64,000 bases of DNA from an uncultured Gammaproteobacteria bacterium (GTDB lineage: Bacteria; Patescibacteriota; Patescibacteriia; SG8-24), in NCBI GenBank assembly GCA_964491475.1, contig CAZBFO010000003.1, positions 72,766-136,765 of the forward strand. Direction: 5' to 3'. The notes under the pieces were generated by a model that was given only the letters and a program-made list of their open reading frames with translations, did not search any database and had not been told where the DNA came from. The position numbers and the translations under genes were made by a program. This document shows positions 35,629 to 45,163 of this stretch, in pieces. Numbering within the stretch: position 1 is the stretch's first letter; each line of letters opens with the position of its first letter.

Positions 35629-36211
35629 CGCCCTGCCCCGTGGCGAGAACCAGAAGCCCAAGAAGGGGTCGACGGACCGCGTCAAAGTGGAGATTTCCGC
35701 TGGTGGCATCGTCTTTAAGCGCACTCCGAAAGGGGTGCGCGTGGCGTTCGTGATGGACCCGTACAACAAGTGGGCCTTCGCCAAGGGGCACGTGGAGAAA
35801 GGCGAGGCCATCGTGGAGGCGGCCGTCCGCGAAACGCGTGAAGAGATGGGGCTCAAGAAGCTGCGCGTGGTGGCGCCGCTAGGCACCATCGACTTCTGGT
35901 TCCGCGACCGCTACCGCGCCGAGACCAAGGGCGTGCTGGTGCACAAGTACGTCCATTACTTCCTGATGCAGACGCCCACCGGCGCCTACGGCAAGCCGCA
36001 GAAGACCGAGAAGATCCGCCGCATCATCTGGACGCCGCTCGGCAAGGCGCTCGAGACTTCCAGCTACGAGGACGTGCGGCCGATGCTGCAGCGGGTGATC
36101 GAGTGGTTCGCCAACGAACGCCGCCGCAATGCCCGGTCGCAGCAGGCGCAGCAGACCAGGCCGTCGGTACAGCCTAAACCGTCCGCACCGCCGGCATCTC
36201 CGGCAAAATGA
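35600..36211 (+). CDS. NUDIX hydrolase
   Basis: Canonical Nudix box GHVEKGEAIVEAAVRETREEMGL. Start uncertain, overlapping the 3' end of the upstream gene. Confidence 0.7.
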   Translation: MHPNQRPKNSALPRGENQKPKKGSTDRVKVEISAGGIVFKRTPKGVRVAFVMDPYNKWAFAKGHVEKGEAIVEAAVRETREEMGLKKLRVVAPLGTIDFWFRDRYRAETKGVLVHKYVHYFLMQTPTGAYGKPQKTEKIRRIIWTPLGKALETSSYEDVRPMLQRVIEWFANERRRNARSQQAQQTRPSVQPKPSAPPASPAK

Positions 36212-36298
36212 TGGAGTGGTGAAGCGGGAGAATGCGCCGCCTTCTCCGACCTCAACACTCCATTACCGCATGCACTGGGGTAACCCCACCGCTTCCTT

Positions 36299-37918
36299 AT
36301 GCCAAAGTACATTTTCGTCGTGGGCGGAGTCATGTCCGGCGTCGGCAAAGGTGCGGCCTGCGCGTCGATCGGCCGCATCCTGAAGGGTCGGGGCTACCGC
36401 GTCACGGCGCTCAAGATCGACCCGTACATCAACGTCGATGCGGGCACCATGAATCCCGTTGAGCACGGCGAGGTGTTCGTGACCACGGACGGCGACGAGA
36501 CCGACCAGGACATCGGCAACTACGAGCGCTTCCTGGACATCGACATCACCTCGGTCAACTACATGACCACCGGCCGCGTGTACCGCACGGTCATCGAGAA
36601 GGAGCGCAACCTGGAGTACGGGGGCAAGACGGTCGAAGTGGTGCCGCACGTTCCCGAGGAGGTGATCCGCCGCATCAAGGCCGCCCAGCGCAAGGCCAAG
36701 GCGGACTTCACGCTGATCGAGATCGGCGGCACGGTGGGCGAGTACCAGAACGTGCTGTTCTTGGAGGCGGCACGCATGATGCGCCTGGAGAATCCCAAGG
36801 ACGTCCTGGTGGTGCTGGTGAGCTACCTGCCGATTCCTTCCAAGACGGGGGAGATGAAGACCAAGCCGACGCAGTATGCCGTGCGCACGCTCAATTCCGC
36901 CGGCATCCAGCCCGACCTGATCCTGGCGCGTGCCGAGCGCCCGCTCGACGAACCGCGCAAGCGCAAGCTGTCGGTGCACTGCAGCGTCGGCGAAGGCGAC
37001 GTCATCTCGGCGCCCGACGTCGATTCGATTTACGAGATTCCCCTCAACTTCGAGGCCGAAGACCTCGGCGCGCGCATCCTCAAGAAGTTCGGCCTGCGTC
37101 CGGGCAAGAAGGACCTCAAGGACTGGGCCAAGTTTTTCCGCTCGGTGAAGAACGCCGGCAAGCCGGTGCGCATCGGCATCATCGGCAAGTACTTCGCCAC
37201 CGGCAACTTCACGCTGGCCGACTCGTACCTGTCGGTCATCGAGGCGCTCAAGCATGCGGCCTGGAGCCTGGGCCGCACGCCGAAGCTGGAATGGTTGAGC
37301 GCGGAGGAATACGAGAAGGATCCCCGCAAGCTCAAAGAACTTTCCAAATACGACGGCATCCTGATTCCCGGCGGCTTCGGCAGCCGCGGCGTGGAAGGCA
37401 AGATCAAGGTCATCAAGTACTGCCGCGAAAAGAAGATTCCGTACTTCGGCCTGTGCTACGGCATGCAGCTGGCCACCATCGAGTTCGCCCGCAACGTCGC
37501 CGGCCTGAAGGGCGCCAACACGTTGGAGGTGGACGAGCAGACCAAGCATCCCGTCATTCACATCATGCCGCAGCAGGAGGCCATCATCCGCGCCAGGAAG
37601 TTCGGCGGCTCGATGCGCCTGGGATCGTATCCTTGCATCCTGGCAGACAGGACGGTTTCGCGCCGCGCTTACGGGGCGGCGGAAATCAGCGAACGGCACC
37701 GCCACCGCTACGAGGTGAACAACGCCTATCGCGAGCGCCTGCGCGAGGCCGGCCTGACCTTTGCCGGCACCTCGCCCGACGGGCTGCTGGTGGAAATCAT
37801 CGAGATCAAGGACCACCCGTTCTTCGTGGGCGTGCAGTTCCATCCGGAGTTCCTGTCTCGGCCGCTGCGTCCGCATCCGCTGTTCCGGGCCTTCATTAGG
37901 GCCGCTGCCAAGGCGTAG
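36299..37918 (+). CDS. pyrG: CTP synthase
   Basis: MPKYIFVVGGVMSGVGKGAACASIGRILK...GLCYGMQLATIEFARN...VQFHPEF. Full-length synthetase plus glutaminase domains. Confidence 0.95.
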   Translation: MPKYIFVVGGVMSGVGKGAACASIGRILKGRGYRVTALKIDPYINVDAGTMNPVEHGEVFVTTDGDETDQDIGNYERFLDIDITSVNYMTTGRVYRTVIEKERNLEYGGKTVEVVPHVPEEVIRRIKAAQRKAKADFTLIEIGGTVGEYQNVLFLEAARMMRLENPKDVLVVLVSYLPIPSKTGEMKTKPTQYAVRTLNSAGIQPDLILARAERPLDEPRKRKLSVHCSVGEGDVISAPDVDSIYEIPLNFEAEDLGARILKKFGLRPGKKDLKDWAKFFRSVKNAGKPVRIGIIGKYFATGNFTLADSYLSVIEALKHAAWSLGRTPKLEWLSAEEYEKDPRKLKELSKYDGILIPGGFGSRGVEGKIKVIKYCREKKIPYFGLCYGMQLATIEFARNVAGLKGANTLEVDEQTKHPVIHIMPQQEAIIRARKFGGSMRLGSYPCILADRTVSRRAYGAAEISERHRHRYEVNNAYRERLREAGLTFAGTSPDGLLVEIIEIKDHPFFVGVQFHPEFLSRPLRPHPLFRAFIRAAAKA

Positions 37919-37931
37919 GATCCGGCAAACG

Positions 37932-37961
37932 AAAAACGACCCGCCTGCGCGGGTCGTTTTT
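37932..37961. terminator. Bidirectional hairpin AAAAACGACCCGC-CTGC-GCGGGTCGTTTTT between convergent pyrG and rpmA
   Basis: 9-bp stem flanked by an A-run and a T-run. Confidence 0.65.
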
Positions 37962-37971
37962 GGTCTCGGGC

Positions 37972-38271
37972 CTAGGCCTTCTTCGGGGCGGGACCTTCGG
38001 GGGTCACGTGGACGAAGTTGGCGTTCTCGAGCTTGCCGTGGAACTTGCGGACCTTCTTTCTGATGAAGTGGACGATGCCGTTCGCCGTGGCGAACAGGGT
38101 GTCGTCGCCGCCGCGGCGGACGTTGGTTCCGGCGCGGAACTTGCTGCCGCGCTGGCGGATGATGATGGCGCCAGGAGCCGCGGTCTGGCCCTCGAAAAGC
38201 TTGACGCCGAGGCGCTTTGCAATCGAATCGCGACCAAGTTGTGTAGAGCCACCGGCTTTCTTGTGAGCCAT
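37972..38271 (-). CDS. rpmA: 50S ribosomal protein L27
   Basis: [61 protein letters not shown] is the L27 signature, with a short basic C-terminal extension. Confidence 0.9.
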   Translation of the reverse strand: MAHKKAGGSTQLGRDSIAKRLGVKLFEGQTAAPGAIIIRQRGSKFRAGTNVRRGGDDTLFATANGIVHFIRKKVRKFHGKLENANFVHVTPEGPAPKKA

Positions 38272-38400
38272 AACGGGGAATATTTAAGCTAAGATGAGGG
38301 CAGTATAGGCGCTGGGCCGGGAAGTGTCAAGAGGGCGGCCTGCCTTGCTAATTCTCAATAAAAAACGCCCCACCTTGGGTGGGGCGCACTGGGCCGTGGG

Positions 38401-38835
38401 TCAGGGCTCCAGGTAGTAGGCGGGATTTTTCAGGGTACCCTTGCGTCGGTCGGCGTGCCACATTGCCGCTTGCATCAGCAGCTGGATGCGGCCGGCGGTG
38501 CGGCGCGTGTTCGGGGTGTGGGGCCGATGCAACGGCCGGCCCGAGCCGTGGGCCGCGTCGTCGAAGTAGGTGCGGAAGCTCCGGCCGGACTTCGGCTCTT
38601 CGGCCCTGAACTCGTAGCGGCGGCCTTGTCCCAAGGCTGCCGCGGAGCCGCCGACGTGCAGGATGATCATCCGCTGCGGTTTGGCCTCCAGCACCCGCTT
38701 GCAGAACTCGTCCGGCGGCAGAAGTTTCGTGCCGGTTTTTTCGCCGATGCTGCGCTTGAGGCTCCCGGCAAGGACGTAGGTCATGACCATCACGAAGACG
38801 GAACACCCGATGAAAATGAACGCGGTCGTATGCAT
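38401..38835 (-). CDS. Hypothetical membrane-anchored protein (N-terminal TM)
   Basis: 144 aa, hydrophobic N-terminus FIFIGCSVFVMVMTYVLAG. No recognised domain. Confidence 0.4.
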   Translation of the reverse strand: MHTTAFIFIGCSVFVMVMTYVLAGSLKRSIGEKTGTKLLPPDEFCKRVLEAKPQRMIILHVGGSAAALGQGRRYEFRAEEPKSGRSFRTYFDDAAHGSGRPLHRPHTPNTRRTAGRIQLLMQAAMWHADRRKGTLKNPAYYLEP

Positions 38836-38918
38836 GTCGTTTCCTCCCTGTATGTTCGCGCGACGCGCACGGACCGCATACAGTAGCCTAAAACGGCCGT
38901 TTTGTCAACGGGGCCGGG

Positions 38919-40115
38919 TTGACCGCCGCGTCTTTTTTTGCGACGATGGCCGGTGCTATGGAGCCCATCTCTTTGGACTACGCGGCTTCCGCCCCGATCG
39001 ATCCGAGGGCGGCGGATGCCGTTCATAAGGCTTCCCTGATGACGGGCAATCCGTCGTCGGTTCATGCCTTGGGCCGGGCGGTCCGGGCGGAGGTCGATAA
39101 GGCGCGTGCCGCCGTCGCCCGGCTTTTTGGCGTGGCACCGGGGGCAGTGACCTTTACGTCCGGCGCCACCGAAGCCAATGCTTTGGCTCTCCAGGGTACT
39201 TGGACGGCAATTCGCCGTGCCCGTCCGGACGGGCAGCTGCGCATCCTGGTAAGTCCGATGGAACACGCCTCCGTTTGGGAGACCGTGCGGCGTTTGGGCG
39301 GGGAAGGAGCGGTCGTCGAGGTGCTGCCGGTCGGCAGGGACGGCGTCATAAAAGCGGAGGACGTCGCGACGGCCATCGGTCCCGACACGGCAATCGTGTC
39401 GGTACAGTGGGTCAACAACGTCATCGGCACGGTGCAGCCGATCGCCGACATCGGACGCGCGGTCGCCGCCGAGCGGGCGCGTCGCGGCGCCGACGGCCTT
39501 CCGCTGGCATTCCATTCCGACGCGGTGCAGGCTGTGGGCACGCAGGACGTCCTGCCGCTTTCTGCCGGCGTGGACCTCCTTACTTTTTCGGGACATAAGA
39601 TTAACGGGCCTAAGGGCGTCGGAGGCCTGATCCGTCGCGACGGCGTTCCCATCGAGCCGATCGTCGTCGGCGGGGGACAGGAGGCGGGATTGCGTCACGG
39701 TACCGAAAACGTTCCGGCCATCGTGGGCCTGGGGGTCGCCGTCGGCATTCTTGCCGCCGAACGTGCCGCAGAAAGGCTGCGCTTTCTCGAAATGCGTTCC
39801 GCCTTCGTTGCCGCCCTGAAGGCGGCCGTGCCTGCGGCGGAAATCGTCGGCGACGGCAGCCGTTCCGTTCCAACGACGGTCTTCGTGAGGTTGCCGTCGC
39901 GGGCCGGGGACCTGCTGATGCTTTCGCTCGACGCGGCCGGTTTTGCGGTCTCGGCCGGTTCGGCATGCGATGCCGGTTCCCGACGGGCTTCACGCACGCT
40001 TGCGGCAGTGCTTGATCAGCGGCGGGCGCGGCATGGCGGCGTTCGCGTGTCCTTCGGACGCTTTACGAAAGCCGAGGAACTCGCCGCCTGCGCTCGGGCA
40101 CTGGCGGCGGCCTGA
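38919..40115 (+). CDS. Cysteine desulfurase (class V aminotransferase, IscS/NifS family)
   Basis: FTSGATEANALAL...FSGHKINGPKGVGGLIRR (PLP-Lys motif)...SAGSACDAGS. Start may be the internal MEPISLDY. Confidence 0.85.
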   Translation: MTAASFFATMAGAMEPISLDYAASAPIDPRAADAVHKASLMTGNPSSVHALGRAVRAEVDKARAAVARLFGVAPGAVTFTSGATEANALALQGTWTAIRRARPDGQLRILVSPMEHASVWETVRRLGGEGAVVEVLPVGRDGVIKAEDVATAIGPDTAIVSVQWVNNVIGTVQPIADIGRAVAAERARRGADGLPLAFHSDAVQAVGTQDVLPLSAGVDLLTFSGHKINGPKGVGGLIRRDGVPIEPIVVGGGQEAGLRHGTENVPAIVGLGVAVGILAAERAAERLRFLEMRSAFVAALKAAVPAAEIVGDGSRSVPTTVFVRLPSRAGDLLMLSLDAAGFAVSAGSACDAGSRRASRTLAAVLDQRRARHGGVRVSFGRFTKAEELAACARALAAA

Positions 40116-40130
40116 AACCGGGAGTCAAAA

Positions 40131-40158
40131 ACCGCCTAGCCGGGCGGTTTTCGTTTTC
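40131..40158. terminator. Bidirectional hairpin AAAACCGCC-TAGCCGG-GCGGTTTT between convergent genes
   Basis: Stem flanked by an A-run and a T-run. Confidence 0.55.
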
Positions 40159-40554
40159 CTATTTTGGCGGCTGGTTCGGCGGAGGTGCGCCGGTCGGCGG
40201 TGACGCGGGTTGGGCCTGCGGCGCGACGACCGGAGCCGGCTCCGGTTCGGTCGGGGTCGGTGCCGGCGGCAGCGGCACGAAGGGGTTGTTCAGGCGCGAA
40301 ACGTCGAGCGCCTTGCGCGAAGTCCGATCGGCATTGAACTTCAGCAGCGAATCGAGCAGTCCGCCGTCGATGCCCGCCAGTTTGGCGGCCTTGGTGGTGT
40401 CGATCTTGCGCGCGCTGGCCACGCTGGAAAGCGTCCGCATGAAAACCAAGACCGTCAGCACGACCAGGCCGACCGAGCCGAGGAAGACCAGGGCAGTGAT
40501 GAGCCTGGCAAGCGCCTTGCCGCTTAGCTTTTTTTTGGAAAAAGGTCTCTTCAT
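40159..40554 (-). CDS. Small membrane-anchored protein with Pro-rich C-terminal tail, last gene of the pilus operon (PilP-like role?)
   Basis: N-terminal TM LITALVFLGSVGLVVLTVLVF, C-terminal PLPPAPTPTEPEPAPVVAPQAQP. Start overlaps the pilO-like stop. Confidence 0.5.
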   Translation of the reverse strand: MKRPFSKKKLSGKALARLITALVFLGSVGLVVLTVLVFMRTLSSVASARKIDTTKAAKLAGIDGGLLDSLLKFNADRTSRKALDVSRLNNPFVPLPPAPTPTEPEPAPVVAPQAQPASPPTGAPPPNQPPK

Positions 40555-41189
40555 AGGGGGTTTGCCGGCGCCGCCTTATCGCCGGCCGCGGGAGGGACGT
40601 CGTTGGGCAGCGCGATGGCGTCGGCTTGGCCGTGCACGAAGTCGGGCGCGCCCTTGCCCAGCCAATAGACCATGCCGTGCAGCTCAAGATGCACCGCCCC
40701 GCCGTGCTTGTCGGCCTGCGGGCCCATGTCAAAAGTCGCGATGTCAAACAGGTAAGGCATGCGTTGCAGCGCGTCGATGAAGCCGGCCACGCCGGGATAC
40801 GGACCGTTGGCAGTGATGGTCACGGGTATTTCCTTTTCCCACGGGCCCAGTTCGCGTTGGTTGGCGGTCTCAAGCGTCAGCTTCTCATCGACCCCCGCAG
40901 TCGCCGCAGCTGACTCGATCGCCGTGACGAAGTCGAGTTCGCCGTTTTCCTGCAGGGCCGCTTTTGAGAGCGGCGCAACGCGCTTCTTCTTGTCGGCGAT
41001 GTCGCTGGCGGCCTTGCTCATGTACCGGCGCAAGGCGTAGCGGTCGTCCAGGCGGGCCTGCGCCACGGCGATGTCGGCGACCGCCTTGCGTATCGCAAGC
41101 ACGGACGGGATGCCGACGGCTCCGCCGATGCCCAGGGCGAGCACCGCCAGCGTGGCGCTCATGATTGTCATTCGCTGCTTGATGTGCAT
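40551..41189 (-). CDS. pilO: Type IV pilus assembly protein PilO-like
   Basis: Single N-terminal TM, coiled-coil region, periplasmic domain. Immediately downstream of pilN, which is the standard order. Confidence 0.6.
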   Translation of the reverse strand: MHIKQRMTIMSATLAVLALGIGGAVGIPSVLAIRKAVADIAVAQARLDDRYALRRYMSKAASDIADKKKRVAPLSKAALQENGELDFVTAIESAAATAGVDEKLTLETANQRELGPWEKEIPVTITANGPYPGVAGFIDALQRMPYLFDIATFDMGPQADKHGGAVHLELHGMVYWLGKGAPDFVHGQADAIALPNDVPPAAGDKAAPANPL

Positions 41190-41195
41190 ACGGCG

Positions 41196-41816
41196 TCAGG
41201 AAGAGATCGGCGAGGCCTGCTTGGACGAGGATGCGGAGGACTTCTTGGACCGTTTCGACTTGGAAGGGTCCTCGTACTTCGGAAGCACCGGCGGGTCGGT
41301 CAGGTCCATCGTGAACTGGAAGTCGACGTCGTGCTGCTGGAGGATGTTGGACAGCGGGGCCACGACGTTCTTGAACGTCTGCACTTCCTTCAGCTTCGCC
41401 TGGAGGTCCAGTACGTCCTGGCGGTTCCGTGCCGTGCCGCTGAAGGTGACCTTTCCGTCGGGGTCGACGTGGACGGCCTTGATCTCGACCCCGGACGGGA
41501 TCATCGAGGTCAGGCCGGTCATCATGCCCGCCCAGTCAAAGTAGCCCTTGCGGTAGGCGTCCTGCCTGGCCAGGTAGTCGTTGACCTTCTTGATTTCCTC
41601 GTTGACCACCTTGGAATCGCGGTCGCCGCCTGCCGCCTGCTGGGTGATGCTCTCGCTGATGCCGTCGAGCATCATCCGCAAGGCCAGGAACATGCCGGAA
41701 GAGAAAACGATGGTCAGGAAGACCACGAACAGCATCGACTGCGCGAACGCGAACACGAACCCCGTCTTGAGGAGCGCTTTCTTTTCGGGCGAAAGGAAGT
41801 TCAGCGTGACTTGCAT
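41196..41816 (-). CDS. pilN: Type IV pilus assembly protein PilN-like
   Basis: Short cytoplasmic N-terminus, TM FVFAFAQSMLFVVFLTIVF, periplasmic domain, Ser/Lys-rich tail. Follows pilM. Confidence 0.7.
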   Translation of the reverse strand: MQVTLNFLSPEKKALLKTGFVFAFAQSMLFVVFLTIVFSSGMFLALRMMLDGISESITQQAAGGDRDSKVVNEEIKKVNDYLARQDAYRKGYFDWAGMMTGLTSMIPSGVEIKAVHVDPDGKVTFSGTARNRQDVLDLQAKLKEVQTFKNVVAPLSNILQQHDVDFQFTMDLTDPPVLPKYEDPSKSKRSKKSSASSSKQASPISS

Positions 41817-41823
41817 ACGGCGT

Positions 41824-43062
41824 TCAGGAAAGGGAGTTGCGGTGCCTGGCGTTCTCGTCGGCCGCGCGGATGGCCAGGCCGATGGCCGTGGCGTACATCA
41901 AGGACTCGTCTCTCTTGGGAAAGGCGCGGGGAAGCTTGGACGACAGGTTGATCATGGCATTGCCGCGCAGCGCCTTGATGGTCAGCTTGCGCGACAGCAC
42001 GGTGTCGATTTCGCGGAACAGGGCGCCGCCGCCGCACAGGTACAGGCGCTCGACTTTCTTGCCGCTGGGGAAACCGATCTTGTAGAAACGGAGCGCGTTG
42101 CGGATCTTCTCGGTGATGTCGTCGATGAGCGGGAGCAGGATGTTCCACATCTTGTCCTCGCAGCGGTTGGCGTCGAGGCCGCATTCCCTCTTCAGCTTTT
42201 CGGCATCCGTCATGCTGACGCCCAGCGAATCGCTGACCAGCTTGGTGATGTCGTTGCCGGAGATGGGAATGCTTATGGACATCTGCAAGGCGCCGGAGTC
42301 GTAGATGACCAGGCTGGAGCGCGTGGCGCCGATGTCCAAGATGCCCATGGCATCGTCGGTGAACTCGTCGAAGGGGACGATGGCGCGGCTGATGGCGGTA
42401 GCTTCTATCTCGAGGGCGATGGGGGCGAGGCCCGCCTTTTCCAGCAGGTCGGTGTAATCGTCGACCAGCTTTTTGGGCGCGGCGCCCATCAGCAGCTTGA
42501 TCGCGTTTGAAGGCGCCGATGCCGGCGCTTCCTCTGGCTCCGCGCCCGCATCGGCCGGAGGCGTCGCTTCGGCCTTGGCATCGGGCGGCTTCCGTTCGGC
42601 ACCCGCCTTGCCGTCGTCGGGTTTGGCCGGTGGTTTCGGTTTGGGGACCAAGGGCTTCTTTTCGTCCAGCATCTGCCAGTCGGAGTAGATTTCCTCGATC
42701 GGCAGGGGGATGTTCTGCTCGATTTCCTTGCGGACCGCCGCCTGCATCTCCTCGTCCGAAGACCCCTTCGGCACCTCGATGATCTTGATGAAGGTCTTTG
42801 CCTCGGGCAGGCAGGCCACCGCGGCGCTGCCGTGCAGGCGGCCGTTGACCGAACTCACCAGTTTTTTGAGCAGCTTCACGGCCGCATCGACGTCTTTGAC
42901 TTCGCCCCGGTCCATCACGCCCTCGGGCACGTCGATGGTGTTCCAGGCGGTCAGGCGGTACGCCTGCTTGCCGTGACCGCGACGGTTAACCTGCACGATT
43001 TTGAACGTGCGGTCGCCGATATCAAGCCCGAAGGCGTTGGAGAGGGGATTCAGTAGGGACAT
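41824..43062 (-). CDS. pilM: Type IV pilus assembly ATPase-like protein PilM, with internal Pro/Ala/Lys-rich insertion
   Basis: MSLLNPLSNAFGLDIGDRTFKIVQV actin-like N-terminus. ASKHA-fold motifs LDIGATRSSLVIYDSG...LYLCGGGALFREIDTVL. Confidence 0.8.
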   Translation of the reverse strand: MSLLNPLSNAFGLDIGDRTFKIVQVNRRGHGKQAYRLTAWNTIDVPEGVMDRGEVKDVDAAVKLLKKLVSSVNGRLHGSAAVACLPEAKTFIKIIEVPKGSSDEEMQAAVRKEIEQNIPLPIEEIYSDWQMLDEKKPLVPKPKPPAKPDDGKAGAERKPPDAKAEATPPADAGAEPEEAPASAPSNAIKLLMGAAPKKLVDDYTDLLEKAGLAPIALEIEATAISRAIVPFDEFTDDAMGILDIGATRSSLVIYDSGALQMSISIPISGNDITKLVSDSLGVSMTDAEKLKRECGLDANRCEDKMWNILLPLIDDITEKIRNALRFYKIGFPSGKKVERLYLCGGGALFREIDTVLSRKLTIKALRGNAMINLSSKLPRAFPKRDESLMYATAIGLAIRAADENARHRNSLS

Positions 43063-43108
43063 AGCCTAATGGTAGCGCAAAATCCGGGTTCGGACCACGA
43101 GCCGACGT

Positions 43109-44524
43109 TTACTTGTACTCGCGCCAGGTGTCGGTCTTGATGTGCCAGCCTTGGCTGTTGCCGCTCGCAGCCACGTTTACCGGCGCGTTGAAGATGTTGA
43201 GGCCGCTGCTGTTGATTGCCGTATTCTGGTCGAGCACCACCTTGACCCCGACCACCGCCGGCACGCTGACGCCGTTGTTGGTGTGCACTTCGCCGTTCGG
43301 CGCATACAGGACGGCGCCGGTGACGTTGTTTTTGGCGTAGATGGCGGGGGACGAGTCCGTCACCGAGGTGTTGGTGCTGACTACGATGACGACGCTGCCG
43401 GTCGTGCCCGACCCCTGGATGTTGCCGTTGTTGTCGATGGTGATCTTGCCGTCCGCGATGATGACGCCGCTGGCGGCCCCAAAGGTCGAATCCAGCTTGA
43501 TGACGGAGTTGTTGCCGAAGGTGATGGTGCCGGTGACCCACAGCGGACCGTTCAGGGTGATGGTCGAGCCGTTGCCGAGCGCCAGGTTGCCGACGATCTT
43601 CTCCGCGTTCATGGTCGTCGAGCTGTTGTTGGCGGTCGTCAAGTCGCCGTTATATACGGTACCTGCGGCGGCGAGCCCCTCCCAATAAGAGAGGTCGAAG
43701 TTGGGCATGGCCACGGTCGAGGGCGTGGCGCTGTTGGGATGCTTGGTGCCGCTGACGGTCGAGCCGGCGATGCCCGTGATCGGAGTAAGGTAGTAGGCGT
43801 CCAGCGTGATGGTGTCGTTGCTCAAGATGTCGGCATAGCCGTTGCGGGTGATCTTGCAGCCGTCCACCTTGCCGCCGGAACGCGTCACCGAGACGTTGCC
43901 GCTGATCTTGGCGCCGTTGCTGCAGGTGATGTCGCCGACGGACGTCACGTCGCTGTCGGTGACGGTGTCGACGGTGTCGCCGTCACCGGTGATGGTGACG
44001 TTGTTAGCCGCGCCGATGCCGCTCGAGCCCGCCTGCACCGCCGCGGCCACGGTCATGGCGGTGGTCGGCGGCAGGTTGGTGACGTCGCTCTTGACGGTCT
44101 TGGTCTGCCCGGTGACCGACGTGCCGACCGAAGTGACGGTCCTGGTGCTGCTGTCGCCCGTAACGGTGACCGAGAACTTGCCGTTGCCCAGCGTGATGTT
44201 GCTCTGGCCGGTGTAGCTGGTGCCGTAGGTGCCGCCGCAGTTGGTTCCGCTGGTCGCCTTGGTGCAGTACAGCGCCTTGTGCAGTCCCGCCTCCGCAAGC
44301 TGTTCGGACGAAAGCGCCTGCTGGAAGACGTTGCCCACGAAGCGCGTGTTTATGGAAGAATTAAGGAGCACGAAGCTGAAGGCCAAAAGTATCCCCAGCA
44401 GGATGGTGGTCGACATCAGGGCGAAGCCGTCCTCGTCCAGGGAACAGTCCCTGAACAGGTCCACTTCCGTCCTCAAGCGTTGCGCCAACGTCAGTCCCTT
44501 CTTTTTCGTCGTTCGTCGCGGCAT
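43109..44524 (-). CDS. Large pilin-like protein: prepilin-type N-terminal helix followed by ~400-aa Ser/Thr/Gly/Asn-rich beta-helix-like region (putative minor pilin/tip adhesin)
   Basis: Hydrophobic GFALMSTTILLGILLAFSFVLL after a basic leader (no Glu at +5, as in GspK/PilX-type minor pilins). Repetitive ...GNGSTITLNGPLWVTGTITFGNNSVIKLD... Sits inside the pil operon. Confidence 0.55.
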   Translation of the reverse strand: MPRRTTKKKGLTLAQRLRTEVDLFRDCSLDEDGFALMSTTILLGILLAFSFVLLNSSINTRFVGNVFQQALSSEQLAEAGLHKALYCTKATSGTNCGGTYGTSYTGQSNITLGNGKFSVTVTGDSSTRTVTSVGTSVTGQTKTVKSDVTNLPPTTAMTVAAAVQAGSSGIGAANNVTITGDGDTVDTVTDSDVTSVGDITCSNGAKISGNVSVTRSGGKVDGCKITRNGYADILSNDTITLDAYYLTPITGIAGSTVSGTKHPNSATPSTVAMPNFDLSYWEGLAAAGTVYNGDLTTANNSSTTMNAEKIVGNLALGNGSTITLNGPLWVTGTITFGNNSVIKLDSTFGAASGVIIADGKITIDNNGNIQGSGTTGSVVIVVSTNTSVTDSSPAIYAKNNVTGAVLYAPNGEVHTNNGVSVPAVVGVKVVLDQNTAINSSGLNIFNAPVNVAASGNSQGWHIKTDTWREYK

Positions 44525-44527
44525 AGG

Positions 44528-45148
44528 TCAGTGATTACGTAAGAAAATCGAGGTCCACGTTTTGGTAGTCATGGTCGTGCCGCGCACGGTCTTCTGGTTC
44601 ACCAGGAATACGGAGATGCGGGTGGCGTTGTACGGGTGCCAGTTGTTGTAGCTGAACGTCAGGGTGTTGTTGTTGCCGGTCAGCAGTTTCTTGCCGTCGA
44701 CGCGGACGCTGGTGCCTGCCGAGCAGGTGACGTTGTTGATGTCCGTGTCGGTCCAGATCTGGGTGGTCGAGGTGGCGTGGCGGTAGATGGCGATGTAGTC
44801 CGAGCAGCCGGAGATGACGTTGCCCGAGGAGTCGAGCGAGGGCATCTGCAGCACCAGCGTGGTCGGCGAGGTGGTGTAAAGCGTGCCGTTGATGGTCTTG
44901 CTGGAAAGGACGTTGGTGGCGCCGCGGGTCAGTTCGCCCATGCGGCGCATGGCGAAGGTCGCGCCGTTGTCGTTGTCGATGCGCGCCAGCGCCTTGACCG
45001 TGTAGTCGTAGTCGACGCGGAAAATGTCGTTGATCATCACCATGATGATCATCATGATGCCCATGACGCAGATCAGCTCGATCATGGCCGCGCCGGAATC
45101 GCGGCTCGTCCGTCGTCGCACGCGCGCTCGGAGGCGGAGGAAAGGCAT
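44528..45148 (-). CDS. Type IV pilin-like protein
   Basis: Prepilin signature ...SGAAMIELICVMGIMMIIMV (G|A-A-M-I-E with Glu at +5). Confidence 0.65.
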   Translation of the reverse strand: MPFLRLRARVRRRTSRDSGAAMIELICVMGIMMIIMVMINDIFRVDYDYTVKALARIDNDNGATFAMRRMGELTRGATNVLSSKTINGTLYTTSPTTLVLQMPSLDSSGNVISGCSDYIAIYRHATSTTQIWTDTDINNVTCSAGTSVRVDGKKLLTGNNNTLTFSYNNWHPYNATRISVFLVNQKTVRGTTMTTKTWTSIFLRNH

Positions 45149-45163
45149 AGGCTATGGGCTATT

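Noticed and set aside
38401-38835. Candidate L21 (rplU) upstream of rpmA
   Set aside because: The product has an N-terminal TM helix and lacks the KR-rich L21 signature. Treated as a hypothetical membrane protein.
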